A stretch of DNA of 64,000 bases from Neovahlkampfia damariscottae (GCA_016618085.1 JABLTG010000110.1:1-64000), one strand, 5' to 3'; positions 26,189 through 38,869 are shown, counted from the first letter of the stretch. Notes: generated by a model from the letters alone, not told the origin. A program made the numbers and translations.

Positions 26189-26915
26189 TCAGCACCAGTC
26201 ACTTTTTGAACTCTTTTCAAATTCAAAAAAAGTCTTGTTCTTTTTCAATGAACATGATCCTGTAAACTCTTTCTTATCAAAATCTTCAATAAAAGTGTCA
26301 TCATCATCAAAGAAACATTTGTGGCATAATTTATTTTGGGTTTGGCTGATAGAATTCAAAGTATATTTTGATTTTGGAGTTGAAACTGGTGAATTTGAAA
26401 CATCACTAGAAGAAGAAGAACTGTTTCTTCTTTCTCTTTCAAACCCTTGTAAACGCTCAGAGAATAATCTTTTTATCATCTGTAACTTTTTGGACATGTT
26501 TGAAAAACTTGTGATCAGCTGTTTTGGTTCTGTTTTTTTTTTTTGGATTTTTTGTTGAAATCTATGCAAAGAATCACTTAGATTCCATTCCACATCAAAG
26601 GCTATTTGGTTGAATATATTTGCGTCTATTTTTTCCTGTTGATGGTTGAAGATGTTGTACATATCTTTCTTTCTGTTGACTGAAAGATTCAATTCGAATT
26701 CAGAGTTTTCTTTGATAAATGAGTGATAAATAGAGTACGCCAACTCTTTTTGATTTTTTAATTTTTTGTATTGTTTGAATTGCAGCATGAAAAACAAATT
26801 TTCTGAGCACCTGAGGTTGTTAGATTGTTTTTGTCAGTTCTTACAATTCCTCGAAGCAATGAACTCTGAATAGATCCAGCAATTTACTATCTTCAATTAT
26901 TTCTTCTAGAATCAT
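26189..26915 (-). CDS. RGS-domain protein (paralog 4)
   Basis: MILEEIIEDSKLLDLFRVHCFEEL/CSENLFF..SFIKENSEFELNLS..VEWNLSDSLHRF; Ser-rich/acidic tail ending SDWC. Confidence 0.85.
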
Positions 26916-27147
26916 TTTTATTTCGTCAGTTGTTTCGGTTGAAATTCACCAATTCGAGGAGTTGAATTTATCCAATGAAATAACAATTTGGATCTACTGT
27001 CCAAAATGGGACTAAAAGTATCTCATTTTCTTTCCAAATTTACAAAATCCCTTATTTTGGACAATCAACGATGACCAACCGAAAGAATAACGAATATAGC
27101 AATTGGGATTGACAAAAATAATTTTTTTTTGAAATTGAACTATTTAT

Positions 27148-27914
27148 TCAACACCAGTATTTGTTTGAATTGGTTTGGAAATTCACAATTGTAGTTTTCT
27201 TTGAAAGTTGAAAAGAACCATTGTATTCTTCTTTTGTGTTGAAAAAATCACGAATAAATAAATCTTCATCTTCGTCATCATCTTCAAAAAATGATTGATG
27301 GTGAAGAGATTTTTGTGTTTTACTGATTGAATTTCGTGCATTTTTTAATATAGAATTTGAAGCTGGACTTGAAGCTGGTGAGATTGATCCAGCACTGGAA
27401 GCTGAAATTCGCCTTCTTTCCTTTTCTAATGTATGGAATCCTTCAGATACCATTCCTTTTATCCTCCTTATCTTTCTAGACACTGTTGATATTCTGTTGG
27501 AGAATTGTTTTGAGGTAACTTCTTCTTTTTGATCGATTTTTCTTTGAAACCTCTCCAAACAGTCATTTAACATCCATTCAACTTCAAACGCGATTCCATT
27601 GAAAATGTTGGTATATATTTTGCTTTTTTGGTTTTGGAATATATTGTACATTTCTTTCTTTAATTTTATCGAAAGATTAAGTTCGAATTCAGAATCATCC
27701 TCAACGAAGGAATGAAACATCGAGTCAGCTTTTTCAACCATATCTTTTTTGTTTTGTAGTTGTTTGAATTCTTTTAATTGCAACATGAAAAATAAGTTCT
27801 CTGAGCATCTGAACAGTTAGATGTTGTATCGTTTGTTTCTTACAATTCTTCAACACAATGAAGTTTAAAAGCTTCAGTCATGATGCTGTCTTCTAGTATT
27901 TTGTTCAAACTCAT
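27148..27914 (-). CDS. RGS-domain protein (paralog 5)
   Basis: MSLNKILEDSIMTEAFKLHCVEEL/CSENLFF..SEFELNLS..VEWMLNDCLERF; tail ends KYWC. Confidence 0.85.
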
Positions 27915-28293
27915 GGTTTTTCTCCGGTTTAACTATTAATTGGGTTAAAACAGATTTATGACTTGGTAATTTCCAAAAATGGTATGAAAAATGGTCCAAT
28001 CACCTAATTTTCACCTTTTTAAATCCACCATCCCAGAAAGTGCATCAAAAATCTCATTTTGTTGCCCAAATTTTGCCAATTTTTTTGGTCAATGCCAGTG
28101 AAGAAGTTTTCGGTGGTGTAGAACAGGAGCTCCATTTTTCCCAGTTGGAATAACAGTTGATGATGGAAATAGAACATTATCAGGAGAAGAAAGTGAGAAA
28201 AATCTGAAAACACTTTATATATTTTGGAGTTTTTCTTGTGGGTCACTTGAAATAGAATGACAAAAATTAAACAAAATAAATTATTAATTTTAT

Positions 28294-29024
28294 TCAACAC
28301 CAGTCGCTCTTTGGATTCATTTGAAAATCAACAATTGTTGTTTTCTTTGACAATTGGAAAGAACCTTTATATTCTTCTTTTGTGTTGAGAAAATTCCGAA
28401 TGAAGAACTCTTCTTTATCGTCGTCATCATTTTCAAAAAATGAATTATGTTGTAATTTCGATTGATTCTTGATGATATCAATGGTATTATTAGAAATATA
28501 AAGTGAATTTGAGTTGCTCGAACTTCTTCTTCTTTCTCGATCAAAAGCTTGAATTCCTTCGTTTACCAGTCCTTTTATCCTCCTGATTTTTCTGGACATA
28601 GTTGAGAGTCTTCCAAAGAACTGTTTTGAAGTAACTTCTTCCTTTTCGTTAATTTTCTGTTGGAATCTCTCCAGACAATCACTGAGCATCCATTCAACGT
28701 CAAAAGCGACACCATTGAATATATCAGTGTCTACTTTTATCTCTTTGTTGTTAAAGATAGTATACATTTCTTTCTTGAATTTGACTGAAAGATTCAATTC
28801 GAATTCTGAATCATCCATTATAAAAGATTCAAAAATTTCTGAAGCTGCTTTTTTTAGTTCGTTTCTGTCATGGATTTTTTTAAATTCCTTCCATTGAATC
28901 ATAAAAAACAAATTTTCAGAGCAACTTAAGAGTTAGATGATGTTCTTTCTAACAGTTCTTCGATGCAATGGAGCTGAAAAAGTGCTCTTGTTTCACTGTT
29001 GTTGAGTATTTGTTCCAAACTCAT
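28294..29024 (-). CDS. RGS-domain protein (paralog 6)
   Basis: MSLEQILNNSETRALFQLHCIEEL/CSENLFF..SEFELNLS..VEWMLSDCLERF; 29-nt intron; tail ends SDWC. Confidence 0.85.
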
Positions 29025-29630
29025 TAAATTTCCAAATTGGATTCTCTTCGATTGATTGGTTTAATTTATGATTTCCAACGAGTAAAATCCTGAAATGGTC
29101 AGTGGTTCCGCCAATCAATAAAATATATCCAATTTTGACAATTTCCTAAAAAAGTGCTTATTTTTGTTGAACAAATCTTGATAATTTTTTCCATTTTCAC
29201 AACTGAGGAGTCGTATATTTTATTCACAAAGAAAGATATAACATAATTCAAGATACTGTGAATGAACTTTTTCAAGTTTTCCATTTTATAAATTCTTTCA
29301 TAACAAGTTGTTTCTAAGGTTGATTTTTGGTCTTGATTTTCACAACAGTTTAATGAAACCAAATCTTTATGACCATGAAATATTGATCAAAATCAAGTTT
29401 TTACAACAAAAACAAAGAGTTTAAAGTTCATAGCAAATTTCATTTTTAAAGTTTTGGAGAACAAAATGAAGTGTTCAGATAAAATACTTTCTCTTATACC
29501 GGATTCTGTGGACTAGTTCAAATTATTTTGTTAAAAAAAAACTTTTTTTCACCGCTTCATCAATCATCATCAAGCAATTTTGTTGAATCATTTTCAGCCA
29601 ATCACATATTTTCTTTTCTATATTCAACTG

Positions 29631-30350
29631 ATGAACATTGAAATTAGTGAATTAAAACGACAATTTTTACAAGAAAAAAACTTCATTTATGACATTCCGA
29701 TGCTTTTAAGAGATGATTTTGAAGTAGTTTTGTCAGCAATTAAAAAAAACCGAAATTTATTGGAATTGGCTTCTGACAATTTAAAAAATAATAAAAAACT
29801 GATTCAAGAAGCCATTAAAATTGATCCAAAATTGATAGATTATGCTTCTGAAATCTTGAAAAATGATGTAGAAATTATGACAAAAGTTGTTGAAATATCT
29901 GGAATATGTTTGCGTTATGGATCAGATGAAATAAAAAAAAACAAAGAAATAGTGCTAAAAGCTATCAATAATAGTCCATTTTCTATCTGTTATGTAGCTC
30001 CTGAGATGTCAGATGATTTGGATGTCGTTACAACAGCTTTAGAATTGAACGGAAATATTGTTTGTTATGTCTCTGGAAGATTAAAAAACAATAAAGAAAT
30101 AATTTTGCGAGCAGTGAAGAAAAATGGAAGATCTTTTAGATATGCTTCGAAGGAATTGAAAAATGACAAAGAATTCATCTTGAAAGCAATGAAAATTGAT
30201 AAATATATTTTTAACGCGCTCTCAAGTGAATTTCAAAAAGAGATGGATTTGATTCTGATTTATGAGGGAATGTATCATAAATTAAGATATGTAAATAGAG
30301 AAATGGAAGTTTTCAGTGATTGTTTGTTTTTCATCAAATCAGGAAAATAA
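29631..30350 (+). CDS. DUF4116 helical-repeat protein
   Basis: Repeats of L.YAS.ELKNDKE.VL.A.K.NG; ATG 29631 follows a CCAAT box at 29598. Confidence 0.85.
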   Translation: MNIEISELKRQFLQEKNFIYDIPMLLRDDFEVVLSAIKKNRNLLELASDNLKNNKKLIQEAIKIDPKLIDYASEILKNDVEIMTKVVEISGICLRYGSDEIKKNKEIVLKAINNSPFSICYVAPEMSDDLDVVTTALELNGNIVCYVSGRLKNNKEIILRAVKKNGRSFRYASKELKNDKEFILKAMKIDKYIFNALSSEFQKEMDLILIYEGMYHKLRYVNREMEVFSDCLFFIKSGK

Positions 30351-30381
30351 TTTTTGAACGTTTTAAAGTTACAAAGTTAAT

Positions 30382-31101
30382 TTATTGTGTTTGATTATAA
30401 TTATTAGATTTGTTAAAATTTACAATTGTTGTTTTTTTTGAAAGTTGAAAAGATCCATTGAATTCCTTTTTAGTGTTCAGCCAATCCGCAACTGAAATCA
30501 ATTCATCATCATCTTCGTCAAAAAAGAACTTATTGCTGAAGGGTTTTACTTCTTGGATATATTTAGGTGCTTGGTGCGATGGACTTCTAGGAGGTGATGT
30601 TGATGGAGAAGAAATTGAGGTGACTTTCTTCTCTGAATATTTTTCAGCCAGTTTCATTTGAATTCGTTTTATACTCTTAGAGAAATTGGAAAATCTTCTT
30701 GACCTATTCTGTTTTTTTTTTTCTTGAATTTTAGCATCAAACCTAGCCAAACTGTCACTAAGAAGACACTCAATATGAAAAACAATGCCATTAAACATGG
30801 AGGCGTTGATACTCTCTTGCCCTTCAATTATACTCTGAATTTCTTTCTTGTGTTTCACAGATAAATTTATTTCAAATTCTGAGTTGTCTTTGATGAAATC
30901 GTTATAAATAATAGTAGCTGTTTCTTGAAGATCTTTTTGATCTCTGATTTTTTCAAATTGTTTCACATGAATTAAGAAAAACAAATTTTCTGAACAACTG
31001 TCAAGAGTTTTAGATAAACTGGGAGTTTCTTACAGTTCAGAAGTACAATGGAGCTTCAGTTCTTCAAGCAAAGCTGTATCTTGCATTAAGTGTGAGAGCA
31101 T
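30382..31101 (-). CDS. RGS-domain protein (paralog 7)
   Basis: MLSHLMQDTALLEELKLHCTSEL/CSENLFF..IYNDFIKDNSEFEINLS..LSDSLARF. Confidence 0.85.
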
Positions 31102-31340
31102 TGTCAATAAGTTATTCAGTTGGTAAACAAATTTAGCAATTCGCCTTTTGTTCTTCATGAAAGACCAATTGGGAGATTCAAACTTCCATTTCTACATCAG
31201 GATTCTTTTTTAAAACACTTTCCAAAATTGGAGATAGAAAATCCATCTTTTTTGGAATCGGAAAAGTGGACAAATCAAATAATGACAATTGGATTTTCCA
31301 AATTTAAGTACAAAAAGACTTTACTTTTTGATGAAACATC

Positions 31341-31974
31341 CTACAGTTCATCTTTAAAATGAGCACTTGAGTATTTTTTCTGAAAAATATTCACAAAAGA
31401 GTTTCTCCTGTATGAGTTTGATCTTGGAAGTGGAGAATTTTGTGGTGAAGTACTTCCATTTGAAGAGTTAGTTGAGCTATCCTTTCCTTTTTTCCTCCAA
31501 AAACCATCTTCTTTAAACAATTGCATGAAAGAGAATTTTCTTGAGGATATCATTTGTGCTTTTTCTTGTTCCAATTTTTTATTGAATCTATTCACATGAT
31601 CACTTAGCATCCATTCAACTGAGTGATTTATTTTATGGAAAAGCTCTTGTGATATTTTTTCCGGCTCTTTTAAAAGAACGTGAGTAATGGGTCGCAATAG
31701 TGTTTGTGTAATATTAATTTCGTATGTAGAATCCTTTTAGAGGAAAGTTTTGTATATTGATTTTGCTTCTTCAAGCAATTTTTCTTTATCTGTTATATTT
31801 TGATAATTTTTCACTTGTTTCATGTAAAAAAGACTTTCAGAGCATCTGGAATGAGTTTTTGTTTGTTTTTTCTTACAATTCTTCACAACAGAATTGTTGA
31901 AATTGATTCAACAATATTTCGTTCTCCATGATTTCAACTAGATTCAATTCGGAGTGAGAGATTGATTCTTTCAT
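31341..31974 (-). pseudogene. RGS-domain paralog 8 with an in-frame TAA (31737-31739) inside the RGS domain
   Basis: ..FQQFCCEEL/CSESLFYMKQVKNY..AKSIYKTFL*KDSTYEINIT..VEWMLSDHVNRF; frame otherwise intact. Confidence 0.75.
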
Positions 31975-32330
31975 CACTACTGTCAGAGCAAAACAAATAT
32001 TTGATGACCAATCACTTTATTTTATCCATAAATAGGAATTTTCGACGGATTTGGTCATTTGAATGGGAAAAAAAAATCCATTTTCGGCCATCCAAAAAAT
32101 GTTCATTTTTGTTCAATTCACAAAATTCCTTGATTTGTGCAAAGAAATATTGAACTATACCAAGCTGATATGAATGAGAAACAGCCAATATCTTTTCTTT
32201 TATTTTTGTTATCAAAGCACTTGGGTTTCTTAGGTCAACATGATTTTCAAGAACAATACTAAGCCTATTGGCAATCAGCAGAAAAATTTGGGAACTCTGT
32301 TAAATAAAAATAAGGAAATAGGAAATTTAG

Positions 32331-32775
32331 TTATAAATATGACTTTATCATATCCAAATGGTCAAATTCTTCATTTGAATTCTCCGAACTTATTTTAAAT
32401 TCTCCGATGGTGTGTTTAAGTTGTTTCTCCACTTCGATAGCAGCCAATTGAAAAATTGTGTTCGAAACCAGTTCACGAGAACAAATTATCTTTTTCAGCT
32501 CTTTTTTGTGCTCATTTGATACATTCACCTCGAACAATGAATATTCACCAAGAAAACTCTGATAGATGTCCATTGCTTCACAAACAAGCTGGTGATGTGT
32601 CTGGAATTTGAATTCTTCGAATCTGTACGCTCTAAGTAGGAAAAATAGAAGCTCTACTGTTCTATTGAAATGATTTTCAGATTTCTTTCAATTTTATTTA
32701 CCTTGTTTTGATACAGAGCTCTTGAAGATATCTTCTTATTTGTTGGTTTTTAACTAAAGTTTTAAAGTTGTTCAT
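32331..32775 (-). CDS. RGS-domain protein (paralog 9, divergent, short tail)
   Basis: MNNFKTLVKNQQIRRYLQELCIKTR/TVELLFFL..AMDIYQSFLGEYSLFEVNVS..IFQLAAIEVEKQL; same intron position. Confidence 0.75.
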
Positions 32776-33072
32776 ATGACGTTGGTGTTTGTTGGTTTTT
32801 CTCAAGTGCAATTGGATGTCAATTATTCCGTTTTGAATTAAATAATTCCGAAAAAGACCTTTGAAAAGGAAAAACGAAAATCCAAAATTGGATTGAAACA
32901 TATTCAAACCAAAAACTTTCCTTTTTTAAATACAACTATTGGAAGCGATTCCAAGGAGTTTTTTATCATTTAAATTTTGTTTAATTTAAGAAATATTTTG
33001 ATTGAATGATTTGATTGAATTCTCTAGTTTTAGATTATCAAAAATCAAAATTCCGAAGGAAAACTTTTGATT

Positions 33073-33704
33073 TTATTCTGAAAAATGTGATATCCAGTCA
33101 CTTACCATACCAAAGAAATTCTTCTTTTTTAATTTTTTTGCTTTTTCTGAAAATGCTTGAGCATTTTGAAATAGTTGGTCAGATTCTTCTTCAATTTCTT
33201 TTGCTTTTTCCATATTCTCAATCAAATGAATTTGATTTTGAAGCATTTTATCCTAAAAAAAAAACTTCAATTTTTTTTCATCTCTTCATACCTTTGTTTC
33301 ATTTACTTTTTCTTGGAGTTTTTTGACTTGTTCAATATTTGAAATATCATCTTTTGTTTTATTGTACAAATCTTGGAGGTACCATTGAATCTTTTTTTCA
33401 TCTTTTTCATATCTCAAAAACTCTTTTGAAAATTTAACTTTATTTTCTAACCTTCTATTTGCTTGATAAAAACCCAAACTTCGGATTTATTTGATTCAGG
33501 TGTTACTATACAAAATACAGAAGTACCTTTTTCATCATGATAAAAAATATTTCCTTTGTTTGTTGTCATAATTAGTTTTTGATTTTTTTGAAGTGTTGTT
33601 ACTATTTCTTCCAAAATGGTGAGTTTAAAATTCTCTTTTTTTGGATAATCAGCAATAAATTTATCATCTCGCAATATCAAACAATAGAGAACTTTATCTT
33701 TCAT
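33073..33704 (-). CDS. Longin-domain VAMP7-like R-SNARE-related protein, apparently without a TM anchor
   Basis: N-terminal longin-like fold (VLYCLILRDDKFIADY..IFYHDEKGTSVFCIV) then synaptobrevin-like VKKLQEKVNETK/DKMLQNQIHLIENMEKAKEIEEESDQLFQNAQAFSEKAKKIKK; 2-3 introns. Confidence 0.7.
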
Positions 33705-33782
33705 ACTTCAAATTTCAGTTTTGCAAGTTAAAACAAAAAAGAAAATGATTGGTTAAATTCATCATTTTTTTGTGGTTTATTG

Positions 33783-36700
33783 ATGTCACGTTTTGTAGGA
33801 ATAAATTCAACTTCTTTAAGACCAACTACACCGACTCTAATACCAAACAGTAGAACTGAAATTATTCAAAAACCAACGTTTTGGGCGAAAAAAATTTCTT
33901 TTGAAGATTTTTTTGCGACGCCAAAAGGACAAGGAATTTTGTATCAAGTTGACTCAGAAACGATGAAAAAATATAAACAATTACAATTATACCTTGATAT
34001 CAAAGAAGGAGGTGACAAATTTTCGATTGAATTAAAACAATTTCGTCAACAAATGAATGACAAAAGTAAGAAAATGAAAATTCATTTTTATTTATTTTTT
34101 AAAGATTTGAAGTTTGATAAACCACAGAAATTGCTTGATTCACTTGAAGAATTACAATCACGTTTAGAAGAAATTTATGAAAAAAAACTTCAAACGAAAG
34201 AAGGAAAGGGTCTCATGCAGAGCTTTTTATTTTGGTGGTATGGATTTGATATAGTAGAGTATAACTCAGAAAATGAAGAAATGCCATTGAATCCAACAGA
34301 AAACAACTGTAAACCAGATTATGTTTAATTTTTTTAGTTTTTGTTTTATTTTCAAGAACACCAATGACAGTTGTTTCAGAGTTAATTGATGAATTAAAGT
34401 GCATTTTAGAAGAAAAGGAATTTTGGATTCCTCAATTTAGTGATTCATCCACAGAAGAAACCCAAAGTAAATTTCAACAAAAATTAACTTTCAAAAGCCA
34501 ATTATATATTAATCACAGATTTTTCAACTAAAAAAGAGTGGTCAATATTCAAAGATAAAACTACTGAATTGATGAATTTAAACTTAAACTTATTGTCAAA
34601 AGAAGAGAAAGTTCCTTTTTTCATCAATTTATATAATTTGTTATATTTTGATATATTCATCACAACCAATAGTATTAGTGAATACAACATCAGAAATAAT
34701 GATAAGTATCCTTTGAATATGTTTTATATTGTGGATCAAAATAAATTCAATTTAAAATCCATTTTAAAAAATATTCCAACCAAAGGATTATTTTCATTGT
34801 GTGATTGTACTTTGAGTTCACCAAAACTTCAATTATACAAAAATATCTCCCAAGTAAATTTGCAAGCTGAAAAATATTTGGAAGATAATGTTAAAATCAC
34901 CACTGATGAAATTGAAATTCCATTTTTATTTTCAAAATTTGGTGGACGTTTTGAAATGGAAGAGAAATCATCTTTGAATTTTGCTGTTATAAAATACCTA
35001 ACAAGAGAATTAGGTTATCCATTTAGAAACCCAAAAGTCAAATACATTTATCCAGAATTCAATATTATCAATTGTATAAATCTAAATTCAATGTTTCAAA
35101 TTAATGATAACAATTTTTATTTTAACAAAGAAAAAACTTTTGGAGTTCAAATTTCATCAGATTTTCAATATTTTGGAGGACTGAAATATGGAAACAAAAA
35201 TGGAAAAGGTTTATTAATTGAGAAAGATTCAGTGTTTTATGGGAATTTTCGAAATGATAAAAAAGAAGGAGAAGGTGCATTGAATGTTAATAATGTTATC
35301 ATTCAAGGACTATGGAAATCTGATAAACCAGATAGTAAGTTACTTCATGAATTCACACTCTTTTAGAAATTTCAATGAAAAATGGGAAATTTAAAATTGA
35401 CAGGTTACCTTTTAATGAAATTTTTCAAAACAATCAAATTGATTTCAACTTCAATGATTTATCAAAAGTTCAAAAAATTTTGGAAAGTAAGCAAGAAGAC
35501 AAGAAATTTATTTTCGATTTCATCTCCATATTTTTTTCATCTGAAAAAAATGACTCAGTGTTCCAATTCAGAAAATATCTCAAATGGATGGATGAAAAAT
35601 ACCAAAAAATTGAGTATGTCATTCAACAACTAAATCATTTAACAGGAGAATTGAATTATTTCACATGAATCTATTAAAGGATATTCATTCTTTTTGTGGT
35701 AATTTTAAACGTTAATTCATTTTTTCAAGATTTTTGTTATGGATATTTTTGTTCATTAGTTAATAAAGAAAAAGTAATTTTGAAAGGACATAAAATAGAA
35801 AGTTTGGTAAAAAGTACCATTAGTTCAGTTGTGTTGAGTCAATTTTATGATCAACTCTTTTCCCTCTATAAACAAGAAGTAACACCTGTTTCATTCATTT
35901 TAAACCTAAAAAAGTATCGCAATGAAGATGTTTTGATGACTCAAAGATTGTTACTTTTTTTAGATGCTGAAAAGGAATCATTTGACAAGAAAATGAAAAA
36001 ATTGTCAAAATTTGATAAAATTGTGGATTGCTTCTCTAAAATTCCAAAAGAAAAGAGTATTCTAACAAAACAGCAACATATTCGAGATGGATATCAAGAA
36101 ATATTGAGTATTAATGTTGATGGAGGCGCAGATCTTTCATTACCTTGTTTCGCTTATTGTTTGATCAAAGCTGAAATTCCTTACTTGTATAGTGAATTCA
36201 AATTACTTTTTGATTTCACACAAGATGTAAATTCTTCCTTTCACTCATTTTTCAAGTCTTCAAATTTTTTTCAATTAATCCAGTTTGAAATTGCAATGGG
36301 TGTCATCAAAGAAATGAATTTTTTTGTAAAAAATAAAGATAATGAATTTGACAACACAGCAAATTATGTTAAGAAATTTCAAGAATTTTTGAGATTAAAT
36401 AGAGTAAGGGTTTACATTAAAATGACTGTTTGTCTAAGAAATACTTTGTTGAATTTAGTGTACTGAATGAAATCCTCATTGAAATTGGAAAAAAAGTTCC
36501 AAATTTGAAACCAGGAGAAAAACGTAATCATTGATTGAAATCTAATTCTTTAGTTCATTTGAAAAATCCTCTTCATCCAGTAACAGAAAAATATATTAAC
36601 TTTTAAGAATCCAATCGTTTCAAAAGGATTGAAAATATTAAATTTAACAATGAAAGATGATACTACCAAGTCAGAAGATTCAAAAGATTTGATTTATCAT

Positions 36701-37315
36701 GTGATTGAATTCAATCCAATGTATCAATCAGATTTTTATTTGAAGATGAGTCTTTTAGTGATTGAAATGATTGAAATGAAGAATTCTTTGAAAGTCGATT
36801 CAAACAAAAAAACCTTCAGTGTTGATGATCATATAATGGAAATCAGAAAATCAAAATCAGAGTCACTTGAAGACTTCCATATATTGGACATTTCAAATGC
36901 AAAATCAACACAAGAACTCACTGATTTGGAAGAAAAATTATTGAAAACTGGGGATCGTGATTCAAAGGAAACAAAAATGACTCTTGCAAAAATCTATTGG
37001 AAGATCAATAAAATTGATCAATGCCTGGAAATTTGCCAAAAGGTTTTTTTTTATATTTAACTTTATTAGGGTTTGCAAATTGAAAGAAAGAATGTTTTGT
37101 TTTTATATTTGGAAGCAAAATGTTATTTATTGAAGAAGGTGAAGATAGAAGAAGCAAAGATCAATTTATTTTCATGTTTGTATTATGATACTGATGAAAA
37201 TGAATTATTTTGGACTCAAGAATGTAAAAAATATTTTGGAGAAGATTTTGAAATTGAATATGGTATCTTTTGTTCAGAAAAACAAATTCAAAGTCTTTCA
37301 TTTCGAAAAATTTAA
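33783..37315 (+). CDS. Multi-exon DUF547 + MORN repeats + VPS9 (Rab5-type GEF) + TPR-like protein
   Basis: LSKEEKVPFFINLYNLL (DUF547-like); YFGGLKYGNKNGKG and FYGNFRNDKKEGEG (MORN); GGADLSLPCFAYCLIKAEIPYLYSEF (VPS9). Several junctions checked as joinable by ~30-nt introns. Confidence 0.68.
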
Positions 37316-37326
37316 AATAAAGATGA

Positions 37327-37400
37327 TTTTTCTGACTAATGAAATTTTACTAAGCTGTCAACTTGAAATCTTAGGTATGGAGTTCGATTCTCCCCAAAGA
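37327..37400 (+). tRNA. Degenerate tRNA-like remnant (anticodon GTC, Asp-like, possible 8-nt intron)
   Basis: T-arm GGAG-TTCGATT-CTCC (37379-37393); perfect 5-bp stem CTAAG/CTTAG (37350-54, 37370-74) enclosing CT-GTC-A. D-arm and acceptor stem are poor. Confidence 0.35.
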
Positions 37401-37431
37401 TTTAAAATATTTTTTCGATTTGAAGTTTTTA

Positions 37432-38869
37432 TTAAATTAACTTGAAAGTTCCTCCAGCACAAGTTGAAAGAAATGTTTCTCTATTGAGAATTCTTTGATG
37501 ATATTCTTGAATTTTCTTTGGTGCTTTTGGCATTAAACCTGCTTGATAAGCATGTCCTAAATCGAATCCTACAAGAATATCTGTGATAGTAAAGTGTTTT
37601 CCATTGATATAATCATTATCACCTAAATCAGCTTCAACATATTCACAAAATTGTTCCCACCATTTGATACTTGCTTTAGAATTTAAAAACGAACTGACAC
37701 TTGAACCAACAAATGTTTTGATTAATTGAATCGGTTTTAAAACCCTGCCATCTGCTGTGGCAATGCACCAAAAAAGATACTTGTTTTGAATTTGATGATT
37801 TTTATCTGTCCAATCAGAAGGGATCAATCCTTTCTGTTCTGCAAGATCAGAGTGTCTTTTGAGGATCGATTGCATTATTGCACCAGCTTCAAATAACACT
37901 TTTCCATCTTCATCAATATAAGTCGGAACTGTGGCATGTGGATTGATGGCTAAATACTCATCTGATTTGATATAAGAAAACCCCTTCCCCAATTCAGCAA
38001 TTTTATCAACCCATTTGATTCCAAGTTCATTCAATAACCATGCAATTCTTGTTGATCTTGATCCACGTAAATGATACAAAACAGGAGCAGTTTTTTCTCT
38101 TTTTTCACCTTTGAGAGTTGAATTTTCGAGTTTCATTTGTGATAATTCCTTTTGGAGTGATTTTACTTCTGTTGATTCTTCAGGTGCAAAAGCTCTTTGA
38201 AAAGCTTTTCTTGCGGACATTGAACCAACAAATTTTTGAAGAGTTGGAAATTTTTCAAGTAATTTCAATTTTTGACATGAAGCAAGAGTATAACCTAACA
38301 TGATATCTACACAACTGTAAGAATTTTCAACAAAGAAATCATGGTTTCCTAATTCATCTGACAAGTATTGAAGCTTTGGCATAATTTTTCCAATTTGTTC
38401 TTGAATATATGCTTTATCTTGTTTTTCTTCAGGTGTATAAATCAAATATACAGCTAAAGGAACAACTAAATCATCAACTAAAATTTTAAATTTTTTTTTT
38501 TTTTTTTTACGAGTTGAACAAGCAAACATGATATATTCATAGTATTTAGCTTCATTTTTCGGTACTAAATCAATAATATGTTGGTATTGTTCTGCTAAAA
38601 GCATGACAATCGCAGCACTTTCCATCACAGTTTCATCACCATCAACCCAAGTTGGAACAGTTCCAAAAGGATTTGTTTTCAAATACTGGAGAAAAAATAA
38701 ATGTTTTTTTTTTTACCTCTGGTGATTTGTGTTCTCCTTTTGTGAAATCAAGGTATTTGATTTGAACTTCTTTGTCAAGGAAATCTGTGGTTGCTTCATC
38801 AAATTCAAATAAAAGCCATGCTGCTCTTGTTGATCTTGCTTGTGGGTAGTGATAAAGTGTTTTGGACAT
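37432..38869 (-). CDS. Tandem double glutathione S-transferase (two GST units in one polypeptide)
   Basis: Unit 1 LYHYPQARSTRAAW..NPFGTVP..ESAAI; unit 2 LYHLRGSRSTRIAW..NPHATVP..EAGAI; two short introns. Confidence 0.88.

Noticed and set aside
28019..28300. ORF between RGS paralogs and a short plus-strand coding-like fragment
   Set aside because: No identifiable homology or gene structure.
92..31739. Stop-codon reassignment suggested by in-frame stops at 92 (TAA), 2060 (TGA), 3671 (TAA) and 31737 (TAA)
   Set aside because: Conserved genes (H2B, RCHY1, GST, desaturases, lysozyme) terminate at TAA, other genes end at TGA or TAG, long ORFs have no internal stops, and the stops align with different residues. 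Independent nonsense mutations or errors are simpler.
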